Source of the DNA: Octopus bimaculoides
Taxonomy: Eukaryota
DNA: 64,000 bases
Direction of reading: 5' to 3'
Assembly: GCF_001194135.2 (NCBI RefSeq)
Contig: NC_068982.1
Coordinates: 143,827,405 to 143,891,404, forward strand
Shown: positions 61,441-64,000 of the stretch, one piece after another
Position numbering within the stretch: position 1 is the first letter of the stretch
Layout of the letters: each line of letters opens with the position of its first letter
Program-made: the position numbers and the translations under genes
Notes under the pieces: model-generated
Database searches by the model: none
What the model was told of the DNA's origin: nothing
The model's input: the letters and a program-made list of their open reading frames with translations, nothing else

Positions 61441-63959
61441 CTTCAAAAAAAACGTCGAAGCTGGCGATAGTTCAGTTCATAGGTTCGTAGCTAAAATACA
61501 TTGATTTAATAAAGGTTTGCTTTACCGTTTCCGTTACATAATAGCTGTTTTCAAATCATAAATAGCACTTTATTATATAACATAGATGTTACGCGCCTTC
61601 AAGAACCACGCAGTTGTGAAATGTTCATTAGATAAGTTTGATTTTCAGTTTTAGCCATTCTATTTCACCTACATTAATATGTATATGCTAAGGTCCCTCA
61701 GAAAGACATGAACATCACCACATCCTGCATCCTGTATTTTTTTTATATTAATTTTCATTCAACTATACTTGTTAATCGAGCGCTGTGGTGAAGAAAGCTA
61801 AACTAGCTACTTGAGATGCGATTCTGTTTCGATTCAAATTAATTTCATTTCATTCCTCTGATGCCTTTAGAGAGAGACAGGATGAACAACACAGTGTCCC
61901 ACAATTATTTCCTTTCTTCTTCCCCTAAATATATGCCCTGTTCCACAAAAAATTTGTTACATTCACACATTCTCGCTGACCAGTCAAAAACTGTTGAGTT
62001 AGTATCGTTGTTTAGCTCTAACTCTGTTCTGATTATGCAGACGACTTATGATCAGAAGTACTTTTGGTCATGAATAAATAAAAGACAAGGTAGCCACGAT
62101 TGAAGTACTTCAATTGCGACCACCTTGTCTTTTATATATTTTTTTTTTCGATAATGTATTACCCTAAGTATCGTGTCACTTTGTGTGTATGTGTGAATTA
62201 GACGATAGGGTATCATTTGAGGTAGAATCGACTGCAATTTCTAGCTAGTTGAGCAGTTACGTAGACGCTCGCTCGTTGGCTCGGGCGATTGTATAGAAAC
62301 TTTCTTGTTATCTTGTAAGATTTTGAGTTTCAAATTTTTGTGGCGTTCCTCTCTTATATTGTTGTTTCGTTTCGTAGGAATAAATAAATAAACAAATACC
62401 GGACAGAAACCGTTGACGTTAAAAAAAAACTCTTTATCTTCAGATATGATCTTTTCACAGTTTCCAGCTTTTAAGAACCGTACAACATAATTTGATTGCG
62501 TCAATTCAACTGAATATAATGATACTTTTTTTTTCTTTTAAAAACAGTGAGATACCAGCTTTCCTGAAGAGTCTCTTCTGGTCTGATGCCTCAACACTTT
62601 ACATCCATTAGGTTTTCATTATTATTATAAAAACCCGACTTATTTTTCTTGGAATAAAACCGAAGAAGTCATTTAGCTTCATTTTTTTTTTATATTTGGC
62701 TCAATTTTTTTTTCCAATTTAATTTATAGATATTACATTTACATAGGTATATGTATGCATTATTGTTTTCAGTTTGAATATATCATGTACACATGCTTGT
62801 GTATGTATATTATTTTGTTTTATATTTTGTTAATTATAAATGGAGACGCGTTTACTTTGAATGTAAATGTATGTATATTCAGTTGCATGATAAAAAGAGT
62901 AAAATATTAGGAATTTGTAGAAAAATACGTGGATTATTTGTTAGAAAAAGGAAGGGAAACGGAATGCTGAAGTAAGGTAAAACATGGAGAACGAAAGGGT
63001 AGAGTGAAATCAGAAGAGATTCTGAGAATAAAAACGTGAAATAAAAAAAAAATAAAGACCAGAAAAAGCAAAATGAGAAAGTATAGACAAACGAATTGAA
63101 GGTTGGATATTATTTTAAATAAGGTCGACAGGGAGCGGGCTGATAGTTGTGCAGATTGCGGGAAGGAAGCGAAGAGAGATACAAAACATACAACTAAGTC
63201 TTATGATTGATTTTAACAAGGCGTGTTGGAGCGGCAACCCTACCACTGTTGATTGACGCTTTCTGAGTTCGAACAAGAGCAAATCCACTAGCTCAATCAT
63301 TTCTGACATAAATGGGCGGATATCTGAACCACACGTAAAGAAGAGCCAAACGTTACCGTACGCACGCAGGCGCGCACACATCTCCATTATCTCTCTTTCT
63401 CTCTATCTACTGCAGCAACAAATAAAAAAGAAAAAGCTTGTCACAGGTGGACAAATAAAACATATAGCTTTATTATTTGTTCTTTTTGCTTTTTATTTTT
63501 CGTAGTTAGGAACATTCTGTCCACATGTCATTGCTTTCCTTAACTTCTGACGAGATTTTGACCCTCCCACCGTCGATATATGACCACTCACTCAACAAAA
63601 GTATAATTAACAGTGAATTTATTGGTGATAGGCGTGGCGATTAACATAGAACCGACTTGCTAAATTCATGATGCATTTTCAGTTTCTGATTGTAACTATT
63701 TGGTTTACTTAGTTTAAATGGTAATGCTCTCTACAAAATTTTAGGACCATCTCAATCGTATATTTCTCTAAAAACCGAGAAATATGGTGCTTCTGTGTCT
63801 GGATAAAGAAAATGAGTATTTTTTTGTCCTTTTACCTCATCACTACCACCGATTTATACTTTCTCGAGCTAAATTTTGTATTTGTTTGAAAAGTATACCA
63901 AGTTATCTATATGGACTAAATGTTCTTTGGGGTTACATAATTACTTAAAATAGTATAAT

Positions 63960-64000
<41 letters not shown>

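Overview
AT-rich eukaryotic draft-assembly sequence with 12 N gaps and many (CA)n, (TA)n, (CT)n and (TATC)n microsatellites. The tRNA-derived SINE content and TTAGGG repeats suggest an Octopus-type cephalopod genome; this is inferred from recalled repeat families, not from a search. No host gene can be identified with confidence: the window looks intronic or intergenic, with a few weak exon or promoter candidates. Supported features are about 25 SINE copies from two main families; remnants of CR1/L2, Tx1/L1, Gypsy and Penelope retroelements; a pogo transposase remnant; and several MITEs (hAT, mariner, piggyBac-like). Two observations stand out. (1) Two copies of a ~570-bp GG-terminated, 8-bp-TSD (Merlin-like) non-autonomous DNA transposon are built as nested palindromes around a head-to-head (CCCTAA)n/(TTAGGG)n telomeric core. 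One copy has a perfect 72-bp inner inverted repeat where the other has a divergent arm. (2) A Penelope-associated minimal hammerhead ribozyme has its normally C3-G8 core pair replaced by a compensated A3-U8 pair, and two further decayed hammerhead-like ends are present. SINE boundaries are approximate (about +/-15 bp); MITE and hammerhead coordinates were read base by base.
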